DNA from: Amoebidium appalachense
Taxonomy: Eukaryota; Protista; Ichthyosporea
DNA length: 64,000 nt
Assembly (NCBI GenBank): GCA_963693365.1
Contig: CAVNZM010000008.1
Span: forward strand, 7,698,830-7,762,829
Direction of reading: 5' to 3'
Made by a program: the position numbers and the translations under genes. Positions 12,822-24,719 of the stretch are shown here, piece by piece. The notes under the pieces were generated by a model that saw nothing but the letters and a program-made list of their open reading frames with translations, ran no database searches and had not been told where the DNA came from. The stretch's first letter is position 1. Each line of letters opens with the position of its first letter.

Positions 12822-13743
12822 ATTAAATAAAGAAAATGGAAAAAAAGAAATGTAAAGAAATGACAAGAAAAAAAAAGAAACCGAAAAGAAACAAGGCAGA
12901 GACACAGGCCGTTACACGTGACATGGCCTGCAGTAGCTGACTCAATGTGATGAGAAATGAAAGAAAGGGAAATGGGACTGCAGGAGGAAATAACAAAACA
13001 TACCGCAATCAGAAAACGTGCTTCACGGATGGCCCTTTCCATTTTCCTTTCTTTCATTTCTCGTAACCCGAGTCTGCCAAAGGCAGGTGTGCGTAACGGC
13101 CTGCGGCTCTGCAACTTGTTGAAAGTTCTTTTTCTTTTTTTTTTCTTTTCTTTTCCCTCGACGTCTGTTTGCTTACGCATATGGGATTTAATCGTACTCA
13201 CCCGGACACAGATCGCATGCAGTACATGTGACACTCGAGACTCATCGAATCCGTCCAACCGGCCCCCAAAAACCTATGTACATACATCATGTGACGAAGT
13301 TCTAGACTGAGCCCATCAAACAGACATGGCAGAACGATGGGGCTACAGTGTAGTATGCAAAAAAGGAGGGGGGGGGGGGAGGGGGGGGGGGGGGGCTTGT
13401 TCTAAGTTTCTGTGGTGTTGATATAGAGGGGGGAAGGGGGAGGGGGCGGACGGTGCTGAAATTTTACCTATCAGTTGAGGGGGTGGCCAATAAGATTTCC
13501 TTCAACATACGTTTTTAAAAGGTTAACCAAAACATCGAATGTGGTGTGCACAGTGGCAGTTCGGATGCGAGGCACCTATGGCATTCGGAATCAACAACCA
13601 TTGCATGGCGCCACGGTGTGTGTGTGTGTGTGTGTATGCCTGTGGCACGGGGGAGGGGAAGGGGGAGGGGGGGGGGGGGGGGGGGAGGGGGGGAGGGGGG
13701 GGGGGGGGTTAGGGTTCACACTGCTCAGGCATTGCGCCACTGA

Positions 13744-13774
<31 letters not shown>

Positions 13775-14239
13775 TGCAAAACACACACACACACACGTAT
13801 GGGAATTGTACGTACGCACACACACACACGTGCACAGTGGCATGAGTCACTATCACTGACCATCACCCTCGCCAGCCAACGCTTGTGGTCGATTTTGCTA
13901 TAAATTTGAAACGCTCCTCATGCCCCCCCTCGCCAACCCCCTCACCGAATCCCCTCCTCCTCACCCTCCCTCCCCCCCCCTCCCCCCGGCCCCTCCCCTC
14001 CCCTCCCCTCCCCCCACCGCCGGCACCGCCACCCTGCAAATATGTCACGGCTTCTGCGCAGGCAAACACTCAAAAAAATAGTTTGTTCTGAATTTCGAAA
14101 GATATGATATAGGAGATTTAAGACTCCAAATTTGCGATGCTGGCTTTAAACGGAACAGAAAAATAAGCGTAAAAATTGGGTAATATCGTTACATAGTAGT
14201 TTATTATTCAGAATGCTCGTTAAACGTTCCAACTTGTAG

Positions 14240-14676
14240 CTTGGGCTGCTGGCACTGCCATCTACACATCTTCGAACAGGTACTGTACCACGGACACCAA
14301 CCCCACATTCATTTATCAATGAATGAAAACTCTTCTCACCAACCCCACATTCATTTGTCAATGATTGAAAACTCTTCTCACCAACCCCACATTCATTTGT
14401 CAATGATTGAAAACTCTTCTCACCAACCCCACATTCATTTGTCAATGATTGAAAACTCTTCTCACCAACCCCACATTCATTTATCAATGATTGAAAACTC
14501 TTCTCACCATACCAACGTTCAGTACTGCTAACATCTACTTGTACATAATTACCACTGATCATAGGTACATACTTGCGTCCAGTACTAGTCTGTACGAAAT
14601 AGAAGAGGGAAAAACCATCAAATATTTCCCGATTTTTGAAAAATTATACGCATCCAGCCCCCCAAAGCTACTGTAG
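14240..14676 (+). CDS. Possible two-exon fragment of an unidentified gene or pseudogene
   Basis: ttgtag|CT TGG GCT..AAC AG|gtactg (donor 14280), branch-like gctaac at about 14527, atag|G TAC ATA (14565). Joined reading: WAAGTAIYTSSNRYILASSTSLYEIEEGKTIKYFPIFEKLYASSPPKLL*. No recognisable family. Confidence 0.25.
14295..14509. repeat. Minisatellite, 42-bp unit x 5
   Basis: caccaaccccacattcattt(a/g)tcaatga(a/t)tgaaaactcttct at 14295, 14337, 14379, 14421 and 14463. Confidence 0.95.
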
Positions 14677-15027
14677 CCGCACGCCTGGTTGAGTGCCCCC
14701 TGCTCTGCCGGGGTTGCGGGGATATACCACACAAGGTTGCTGGGCAGGACACAGGACCCCCCCCCCCCCCCAACTTCACCCCACCTTTTCTCCGCCTTCC
14801 CACCCTACGAGCTTCTCCACACTTTTAACTAGGAATGTTCACATATACCCCCCCCCCCCCCCCCCTCCCCCCCCCCCCCTTGGGAAAAAAAAAAAAAAGA
14901 AAGAAAGGAAGAAAGAAAAGAGAAAAGAAAAGAAAAATGAGAGGGGAAGGGGGTGGGGGTGGGAGGTATGGGTGGGTGGGTGGTGGTGGTGGTGGTGGTG
15001 GTGGTGTGTGTGTGTGTGCGTGTGTGT

Positions 15028-15075
<48 letters not shown>

Positions 15076-15294
15076 TAGAGGCATTTCGGTGTCAACACAG
15101 AGTTGGAAAAGGAGGGGGTGAGCACTCTTTATAGAGTACCAAGTACACTTCTTGTTGGGGGGGAAGGGGGGGCGTGGGGCAGATGGGTGGGGGAGGAGGG
15201 AGAGAGAGAGATAGAGAGGGAGAGAGGAGAGGGAGAGGGAGAGGGGGGGGGGGGGGGGGGGGAAGGGAAGGGGGGGGGGGGGGGGGGGGGGGGA

Positions 15295-15327
<33 letters not shown>

Positions 15328-16072
15328 AAGAGAAAGAGAGGTGTTTTGTGAGTGCGCCTTTTTCTGTTCTCGTGTGTGTGTGTGAGGTGGGAGAGTGTGT
15401 GTGAGAGCGAGAAAATAAGAGAGGGAGAGAAGGGGAGAGAGCGAGTGGGAGGGAAGAGAGAGAAGAGAGAGAGGGAAGGGGGGGGGGGAGGAGAGAGAGA
15501 GAGGGGGGGGAGGGAGAGAGAGAGGGGGGAGAGAGGGAGAGGGAGGAAGGGAGAGGAAGAAGGAGATGGGGGGGGGGGGGAGAGGAAGAGAAAGAGTGGA
15601 GAGGGGAGGGGGGGGGGGGGGGGGGGGGGGGAGGGAGGGGAGCCTTGGAGGAGGGCGGATGGGGGGGGAGTGAGGGGGTTCAGAAGCGAGATTTTGGAAA
15701 AAGAGGGAGAAAGGGAGAAAGAGAGAGAGATATGGAGTAAGGCGGGATTCAAGCAAGAAAAAAAAAAAGAAAAGAAAAGAAAGAAGGAGCGGGGGAGGGA
15801 GGGGGGGGGGGGGGGGAATCTCTGAGTTCTGGATGTGGGCACATAGAAGGAGGTGGTTAATATGTAATCAAAGTTACCAGGGCAGTCTACATACTGCAGC
15901 TCGACGACGGGGTGAGAGTCCTTATTTTATCTTAACAGTTAAAACACTTTACAGAGGTCATGGAATGTACACCCCAAAGTTGTGATTTGAACGGTCTATA
16001 TACCAGATTTTCTCTCTCTTTTTGCTCCCACCCTCACCTTCTCACTGTGTGTGTGTGTGTGTGTATGTATAT

Positions 16073-16142
<70 letters not shown>

Positions 16143-16330
16143 CATCCGAGAGCGCGTGTGCACGTGTGCGTGACTGTGCGTGTACGAGTGTGTGTTGACT
16201 TGAGCATTCGATTGCTGAGGCTGTAACCGTTTTATTTGCACGTCCTTTTTTTGAGAACATCCACAATCATCATCGCATGCCTGTGTAGACCTGTCTGTCT
16301 GCCATACAAGCACAGTCCCGACCATCTCTA

Positions 16331-16885
16331 TCACTCCGTCAAGAACGCATGCTCCTTGTGTTGCTGGAAAAGCGGGAGAGCTAGCGCCTCCTTGGCAATT
16401 CTCATGTCGTCGTTTATCGCATCGATCAGTGCCTGCAAAGACGAAAAGTTCTTCTCGTTGCGTATGTGCCCGTTGCACAGAACACGTAGCTCGTGGCCAT
16501 AGAAATCTTGGTCGAATTTGTGCATGATGTGTGTCTCTGCCGTCTTCTTGGTGTTGTTGTAAAATGGGTTCCATCCAATGGACATAACCATGGGGAATGT
16601 CTGCTCGTATCCGCTCAGTTTCGCCCAACCGAAATACACACCGGCATTTAGCTGCTCGGGGATGTCTTCGACTACAAATTCCGGGAAATTCGCAGTGGGA
16701 ATACCCAAGTCTTTACTTCCTCGACCAAACCCACGCACTACTTCTCCTTTCAAGCACAGGGGGAGACCCTCTTTCTGAAACTGCTCTGGTGTAAGGGTGG
16801 ACATTCTTGCTATGTGACGTTTAAACGTGTGGTGGGTGAATAGCCTAGAGCGGAGAAAGGAAGGGAGGCTGGTTTTCAATAGCAT
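16331..16885 (-). CDS. RFK: Riboflavin kinase (monofunctional eukaryotic type), intronless CDS
   Basis: Motifs GEVVRGFGRGSKDLGIPTAN, GVYFGWA, PMVMSIGWNPFY, ETHIMHKF..DFYG and IRNEKNFSSL.ALI.AI..D. A second Met (MSTLT) at 16804 precedes the conserved core. Confidence 0.96.
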   Translation of the reverse strand: MLLKTSLPSFLRSRLFTHHTFKRHIARMSTLTPEQFQKEGLPLCLKGEVVRGFGRGSKDLGIPTANFPEFVVEDIPEQLNAGVYFGWAKLSGYEQTFPMVMSIGWNPFYNNTKKTAETHIMHKFDQDFYGHELRVLCNGHIRNEKNFSSLQALIDAINDDMRIAKEALALPLFQQHKEHAFLTE

Positions 16886-18069
16886 CGAAGAGGTGTAGTT
16901 TGAGCTAAAATGGCTGGTTGTGTAAGCGTTATTTAGAACAAGGAGTCGACCGCTTATGTATTACTCCTTAGTGAAACATCTATGTTGGAAAATGATGAAA
17001 ACCTTGCAACTTTGGTCATATGTTGAAGGAAAAAGTTGGGAGGGAGAAAGTCTTGTGAATGAGTTAGGGAAGTGGGCATTTGTGCTTCATAGGCTCTACC
17101 TCCCTCGTTAGTAGTCCATCTATCCAAATTCGAACGGATAGTCAAGGAGGTGAAAAGGTCGATTATACTCGATAAAGTCCCTTCCAAATAGCGCAATGTG
17201 TTAGTATAGAGTGATGTGCCACTGTCGAGGAGGAGGTGACACAGAGCCAGAGCTTTTTTTAGAACAGAGGATATGGGAAAGGCTATTTATAGATACCGTT
17301 TGCGCAATCATTCTGCCAATTTGACATCTGCGACCGATCGATTGACCGCCCGGCCGCGGACTTTTAAATTTGGCGGACGAAGCCTTGCCGGCGTGCACCA
17401 CCAAAAGTACTTATGTACGCGGCAGGTCCACACAATATACCGTTCAACTTATTTGCTTCTTCTTAACTCTTTTGTAGACTTTCTCATGACTAGGACTGCG
17501 CGTATACTTCTAACAAGCTAATTACTGTATAAAGTACTTATAGAAGGCTCTTTGTTACACAAAAGCGCCCAGCGGCTTAGCCACCCTACATAGGTCATGA
17601 GTTCCAGCCTGTCAGACCTAAAGTAGCGCCCTGTGCACATGCTCATGCATAATGTCACGGTTACACCCTTTTTGTGACAATATCATGGGTAGAAAAAGTG
17701 GGAGGGAGAAAGAAAGGGACTTAGAAAGATTGAGAGCGACATACAGAGCGAAGGAAAAAGACAGAGATTTGCAGGCAGGTAGACAAGTCGTAGAGCCCGG
17801 AGGTGGAGTAAGGTGAAAGGAGGGAGGTAGGGATGGAGAGGAGAGAAGGGGCGGGGCGAAACTTTGAAGGAAGAAGAAAGGGAGGGGAGGCGGAAAGGAG
17901 GAAAGAACTTGAAAAAAAGAAGAAAAAAGGAGACTATGGGGACGGAGAAGTTCTTTTTTTTTCTTTTGGGGGGGGGGGGGGATGTAAATCAAGGGGAAAA
18001 CAACAAGGTAGTACGGGAAAACGTTGTGTGTACGCTTGTCACGGGGGGGGGGGGGGGGGGGGGAGGACG

Positions 18070-18153
<84 letters not shown>

Positions 18154-18583
18154 AGAGTGTGTGCATGTGTGTGTGTGTGTCTTTGTGTGTGTTTGTGTCT
18201 GTGCCTGTGTGCCTGTGTGTGTGAGTACATGTGTGTGTGTAGCTATAGTGTGCCGGCCACTGTGTGCTGAGCCTGGGGGGAGGGAGAGGGGGCAAGAGAA
18301 AGCGAAGGGGTCAGGACGGGGTGGTTGAAGGATGGGGTTGTGCCGGAAACTTTCTGATAAACGGTTTTCAGATAACCTGTACCAGTGTTCGCATAGAAAG
18401 CTTGTGCTTGCTATGTGCATCTATTCCCCTGAAACTGCCGGACACGACCATACTAGGACAAGCCGCGCGTGTGTGGGGGAGGGGGGGGGGGGAGGGGGGG
18501 TCGATATCACCACGTATGTTGAATTTGCAAACTGCAAGCTCTCTATACCGGTACCGTAGATCCTCTTAGTAGTGTCTGTGTAG

Positions 18584-18585
<2 letters not shown>

Positions 18586-18676
<91 letters not shown>
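18586..18676. repeat. (CT)n microsatellite (example; many others, e.g. 9610-9706, 58338-58427)
   Basis: Uninterrupted ct repeat. Confidence 0.95.
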
Positions 18677-18680
<4 letters not shown>

Positions 18681-18784
18681 TCTATCTATCTATATATCTA
18701 TCTCTCTTCTCCTCCCTTTCGAGTCTCTATATCATCGTCTCCTTTCTGTCTTCTCTCGTTCTCTCTCTCTGTGGGGTTGGGGCC

Positions 18785-18818
<34 letters not shown>

Positions 18819-20066
18819 AGCTAGTAATAGGGATAGAGAGCCTGGCGGACGAGCAGCTGGCTGCTGCACATTCAATCATAACATGTTTAGGGGAGTGGAA
18901 CTGTTCAAGTTGGGCTGGTTGAAGGGGAAGGGAGAGAGCGGGGGGAGGGGGGAGGAGGAGGGGGGGGGGGGGGGGGGGGGTTGCTGGGGGTCCCGAGATC
19001 TCAAGAGGAGATGCAGTGTTGAAGTCTATGTATTGCATGTTACCGCTTACGGGTTTCATCGGAGCACAGGCGTGTTTGTGTGCGTACAGTGCAAGGCGGG
19101 AAAGCTGACGGTGCCGGTGTAAGGAAAAGGGAGAGGCTGGTAATAGAAAAGACTCCAAGAAATCACAGTGCTGGAAAAGTACATCCTCTTAGGGGACGTA
19201 AGGATTCCGCAGAGATGAAGGGGGGGGGGGGGGGGGGGGGGGGGGTACAGGAAAGCAGGCTGTGCAGCCCCAGCCTCCTTGGCCACTATTGTGGTCTCCT
19301 GCGTTTTCAGCAAAGGCGTTTCTGTCCTCCTTTCTATTTTCCGTTGATCATGAACATAAAGCCTACGGCTTGTGTCGAGAAACGAACCAAGCTCGTTTTG
19401 CATTAGCCCCTCCACCCAAGTTGCCAAAACCGGGAAAAAAATAAAATAAAAAAAAAGTTTAGCAAGGTTATCCAAGCATTCAGCCTGTGTAGTTTTAGGT
19501 TAGCCAAACCTGGCACTGCGATACGGTGACGAAAGTTTGACCCGTGAGAAGGTACAGTAGCTGTGCCTTTGTTGTGCTCGAGATCTCTGGGCAAACACAA
19601 ACTATCCCATCCCCCCCCCCCCCTCCCCACCCGGCTTGTTTTGTTACATCCTTAGGCTTCACATACAGAAAATGCAGGAGCAAAGCACGTAACTTAGACC
19701 GTTAACAAAAAGATGGGGAACGGTAGGGGTAATGATCATAGTCCTCCCAGTACTACGCGCGTATGTAGGGTGTGAATGATCCACCGCCAAAACTCCTTCG
19801 TCCGCCAAAAGTCGGTGACGTCACAATTCGCAGATGTCAATGGCATAATGATGATCGACCGTGTCGTAAATAAACTTCAAAACTTGAAAAGGCACACGGA
19901 CTGCGCATGGGAAGAAAGCGCAGAAAATCAAAACACACATACAGTGGGGCACACGCACACGCACACGCGCGGACGCACGCACACGCACACACGCACACAC
20001 GCACACACGCATGCACACGCACGCAAGCACCGTACGCACACGCGCACACGCACAGCTCACACGCAC

Positions 20067-20134
<68 letters not shown>

Positions 20135-20142
20135 ACACAGTG

Positions 20143-20217
<75 letters not shown>

Positions 20218-20563
20218 GACACGCATACACGCACTGCGTGCATTTGCTGCCAAATCGTACGCGTCAACACGTTTTTCTGCGCGTGTGCGCGTGCCCATGT
20301 ATAATATACATGTCACGGGGTGTGTGCGTGCGCACCTGCGTGTATCGATATATCCCGTGTGTGACAAATCCGTGAGTGTGACACGGTGTGTGTATATATA
20401 TCGTCAAGTTGCGCACAGCACACCAAGACGGGGGGGAGGTGTGTGTGTGTGTGTGTGTGTGTGGAGGGGGGAGGACTGGCTCTTGGGTGGTGGTGGACGG
20501 GACGAGAGGGGATTCCCCATAGGACGGGCCCGGGGTGACTGGGACGGGAGCTCGCGGGTGCCC

Positions 20564-20565
<2 letters not shown>

Positions 20566-20638
<73 letters not shown>
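20566..20638. repeat. Poly-G tract of about 70 nt (example of dozens of poly-G/poly-C tracts)
   Basis: Pure G run; the length may be unreliable. Confidence 0.9.
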
Positions 20639-20639
<1 letters not shown>

Positions 20640-21201
20640 GGTATGTATGTAACCCCATGTTCCAAGAAAAGAAAGAGATTCAAAGGCTTGATGGTCGAAG
20701 TGACATGTCATAGTTACTGTAGAGGGGCGCCCAGCACCCGGGCCGGGCCTACAATTACACACAAATATATTTTTAAAAAAAGGGGGGGAGGGGAACTTAA
20801 TATAAAAGTAAGACGTGTCGGAATTTCGCGGTGTGCCGTCATTTTAAAGTCGGTGTGATGTTAAGATATTGTCAGTAAATGCCATTGGTGGGCTTTGCCT
20901 GTATATGATGGATATTGTACATCGGTTTATGAACTCGTAGCGCAACTTCTATAGAAAGGAACCATTAAAGAAATGCCGACACAGACGCCAAAAAAAGTAT
21001 TTAAGTTGTAGCGCTATTTGTAGCCGCAAGGGTTTCGGATGCTAGCGCTTTCCCCAGGCTCTTGACTTTGGTCAGTCACGTGGCATTTTTCTCAGTGAAA
21101 AACTTGCAGCCGGTTGAGGGTCGAGATCTCCGAGAACTGTAATATACAATCCCCAACTGTTGATGGGAGGAGGAGGGCGGGGGGTAAGGGGGTTGTTGTT
21201 G

Positions 21202-21236
<35 letters not shown>

Positions 21237-21909
21237 GGGGGGGGGGTTGTTAGCGATTAATATTTGTAACAGGGTACATGTACGTAATGTATTTAAATTC
21301 ACCGTTATCTACCCAGGAGCGTATACTAAATCCGGGCCTGTTTCCGTCACCACAAGCACATTATCACAGTACCGTGCCACGTGTGTCTCGATAACTTGAC
21401 AAACAGCACATATTCTAACAACGTTGCCAGATGATCATCCATTAATTTACTGGTACCACTATCATAGGTAGCAACTATGTTCTTGAATTCACCACTGCTC
21501 CTCTTTGCTAGTTACATCGTGACCATGTACTGCACCTTCCAGACTTAGCCCATCAACTTCATCAAAGCTTTTGATTCAACAGTAGGAGATCCGGCATTAA
21601 TATTGTGTGCAATCTTTTTAGAGATCATATATATAGCGGCACCATGCATATGTGAGCAAAAATTTCCGCCCCCAGCTTCGAATATCACACAGGAGCCTGC
21701 TAGGAGAACCATAGTAGGTGGCGGAGATTGAATGGGAGGGGTGGGGGTACTGTTATACTGTTCACAGCTCACAGTATTTGAGTGTTGTGATGTCGAAATT
21801 TGGCTTTCAAATCACAAAATCAGACCAGTAAAAAAAGCCTAACGATGCCAATCTATCGGCTAAGGTGTTGGGAAGTAAGGAGAGGAGGGGGGGATGGGGC
21901 AGGGGGGGA

Positions 21910-21953
<44 letters not shown>

Positions 21954-22187
21954 TGGTATTTGATCGTCAATTACAGTAGGGTCGTCTGAAGATCCATATT
22001 CGGAGACCAGCTCAAACTTTCCCACATTTCAACGGAAGTATACCGCCACTACAGGGGGGTGGCCAGCGTGAAAATTTTGCAACACTATCTCAGTATGCAT
22101 ACTCAACTCCGAGGCTCCCCCCAACCGTCCTTTCTCTCTCTCTCTCTCTCTCTCCCCCCCCCCCCCCCCCCCCTCCCCCCCCCTTCC

Positions 22188-22229
<42 letters not shown>

Positions 22230-22371
22230 GAAAAATGAAAAAATGAAAAGAAAACTTGAAAGTAAAGTAAAGAAAATAAAATTTGAAAAAACAAACAAAC
22301 AGTCGAATCGTTCAGTGACGTAAGAGTTCCCCTCTCCCGGACTCTTTTCAAATGTTTCCTTTCTCTGAGTG

Positions 22372-22405
<34 letters not shown>

Positions 22406-22578
22406 ACTCCCCCCCCTCCTGGCCCCACACACGGTGACAAACAAACTTTGAAAGTGTAGAATGCCGATGAAAACTGCAGGTCGAATATGGCTCAGCAAAG
22501 TGCTATACTAAATGCTTTATATTAGAGCGCGTACGTCGGTCAGTCTCTCTCTGTCAGCAATAAGAACTATTTGGGTGG

Positions 22579-22631
<53 letters not shown>

Positions 22632-23250
22632 GGGGGAGGGGGGAGAGGGCGCGCGCGTGCGTGCGTGTGAGGGAAGGGAGGGGGAGGGGGGGGGGGGGGG
22701 GGGGTTGTTAAGCAAAAGAAGCATGATCATTTTGCCTTTCTGTATGACGATTGAAAGCATGCAAGTGTGGTTTGCAGAGATTATTCGGTAGGAGTGTTTT
22801 GGTGGACACGGGTGCAAAAATGTTACTCGAACATGCCCCCCACTACCTCATGATCATTAAAACATTTGAATTTTCGCCTCATGGCATGTGTTTATCCGGG
22901 TCATTTTCCGCAGTAGTGCGCTGACCAGCAGCTACACTTGCCCCTATCGAAGCAGCCCACCAGTGATATACTCGAGATATGTGGATCTTCGGTCGAAAAA
23001 AACATGTCAAAACCGGTATTAATTGAGGGAGGATAGGTGCCATTTTGAGGCAAATCACATTCGGTTTTCTCAAAATCTGGTCAGCAAAGCACGAAGAAAT
23101 ATCACGGTGCCTTCAAACTTGAAACTTAAATATATCCTGCAGACAGAATATCCAACACTGCTGATACGTAATTACAGCTGTCGGGATATGCATATGTATA
23201 TTGGTCTTTCGTGAAGAATTCGGAAATGCTGTTTGTACCTTGCCCGTGTC

Positions 23251-23289
<39 letters not shown>

Positions 23290-23458
23290 GCTGGTTGTAT
23301 GCGTGGTATTGTTGCCGAGTTTCGGCGATAACAGGAAGCCCACGAGAACAGAGCACACTTTATTCTCAATCACAATCCATAACAACAATTGTTTTCCACA
23401 TTCATCCAAAAATTAAATACTACTAAGCGAAAACAAGATAAAATATCACAACTAAGAT

Positions 23459-24022
23459 TTACGCATTCTTATCAGAGTTGGACACATTTCCAGCCGCGCC
23501 TTTCCCAACCGAGGTTTTGCTCGCGCTCCCGTCAAACGAGCCAGACTGGGTAGCACTGCTGGCCCCGGACCCGGAAATTCGCCCCCTCAAAACCCTAAGA
23601 GTGCGTAATCTGCTAATGATTTTACCAGGAAACGACGTTTTCCGTGGTTTCACCGCAGCGACGGCCCCGTCCACCGCCGGCACATCAAACTCGCCGGCAT
23701 GGGATGGGGAATGAGACGTGCTCGCAATCGAAATCGTCCCCTCGTCCGCAATGTGATGCGCCTGCTCTCTCTCCTTCCCTTTCTTTTTCGGCTGCTGCTG
23801 TTGAGACAGCACCATATCCAGTTCGGATGTTGTCGCGGTAAGGGAAAACTCGTCGGAAATCACCGAATCTACAATGAACGCGTGATCGTGTCCGTGCACA
23901 TTTGCCCGCATGCGCGTGCGTTTTCCCCGGCCTTTCCCCCTTCCCGGATGCCCGCCGCGGCATGAGTCGATGAACTGCTGAAGCTCCGCGGGAAATTTTG
24001 GTGGGGGAGGTGCTGGCCGCAC
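23459..24022 (-). CDS. Probable true C-terminal part of the RGS protein (+1 frame)
   Basis: Overlapping open frame with a natural-looking Ser/Gln/basic tail (DSVISDEFSLTATTSELD..SQQQQPKKKGKERE..SDKNA*), ending where AT-rich sequence begins. Confidence 0.55.
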   Translation of the reverse strand: MRPAPPPPKFPAELQQFIDSCRGGHPGRGKGRGKRTRMRANVHGHDHAFIVDSVISDEFSLTATTSELDMVLSQQQQPKKKGKEREQAHHIADEGTISIASTSHSPSHAGEFDVPAVDGAVAAVKPRKTSFPGKIISRLRTLRVLRGRISGSGASSATQSGSFDGSASKTSVGKGAAGNVSNSDKNA

Positions 24023-24719
24023 GTGGTGACGTCTTTCTGGAACCTTCTTTCCTCGAACTCTGGCTTCCCGTCGGCGAGATAGTCAACGGCCCCGAGATAG
24101 GCGCACCGGCCCTCTCCAACACGTAGTTTGGATATATCGACGTGGATAGTAGGTGGAAGATGCATCGCTGCACCTCGTCGAAAACATGTTCGTCCAGGAT
24201 TGATGGCGAACTCGGGGCTGAGGAAGGGTGTGTCGGCTCGATGGGCGGGACCCCCGAAAGCTTTCTGTGAATAGTGAAGACGTCCGCGCTTTGCGAGGTC
24301 AAACCTGACCCGGGGGCCGATATCCGTGTAGTACCGAGGAAGTTTAACCTCGCAACCGACGCCGACAGGTCGCTCTTCTTGAGGTCATCTGAAAACTCCA
24401 ACGTGGTGACTTTTGCACGCTCCTTGGGGCCTACTATGGCCGAAACCGTGCGAAGTTTCAGAGACCCCTCGGCATTGACCTCTTCCGGCGCGTCGGGATC
24501 CAAGTACTGTTTGCAAATGTGTTCCGCCAAATTCCGCACGTCCGCCTGAGTGGGCGCGCCCTTTTCCGTGCTGTTCGCGCGCCTGCATTGCTCTCGAAAC
24601 TTCTCGACCGCGCGGTAGAAATTATAATTCTCAATCGCACTGTGCGCACTAAGGAAATTCACAAACCCAACGGGGGTGTCCTGCTGCGTGAGTAGTGTTT
24701 TGAGGTCGGGTTCAGGCAT
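23685..24719 (-). CDS. RGS (regulator of G-protein signalling) domain protein, N-terminal part
   Basis: L..LL......F..FL.....ENYNFYRAVEKFR...AEHICKQYLDPDAPEEVN...VFDEVQRCIFHLL....YPNY is the RGS box, with a long low-complexity insertion. The frame after about 24040 is probably not the true one. Confidence 0.88.
   Translation of the reverse strand: MPEPDLKTLLTQQDTPVGFVNFLSAHSAIENYNFYRAVEKFREQCRRANSTEKGAPTQADVRNLAEHICKQYLDPDAPEEVNAEGSLKLRTVSAIVGPKERAKVTTLEFSDDLKKSDLSASVARLNFLGTTRISAPGSGLTSQSADVFTIHRKLSGVPPIEPTHPSSAPSSPSILDEHVFDEVQRCIFHLLSTSIYPNYVLERAGAPISGPLTISPTGSQSSRKEGSRKTSPRAASTSPTKISRGASAVHRLMPRRASGKGERPGKTHAHAGKCARTRSRVHCRFGDFRRVFPYRDNIRTGYGAVSTAAAEKEREGERAGASHCGRGDDFDCEHVSFPIPCRRV

Noticed and set aside
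14146-14562. ORF with GEKSFQSLTNECGV repeats (zinc-finger-linker-like)
   Set aside because: Translation of the 42-bp minisatellite; no C2H2 Cys/His spacing.
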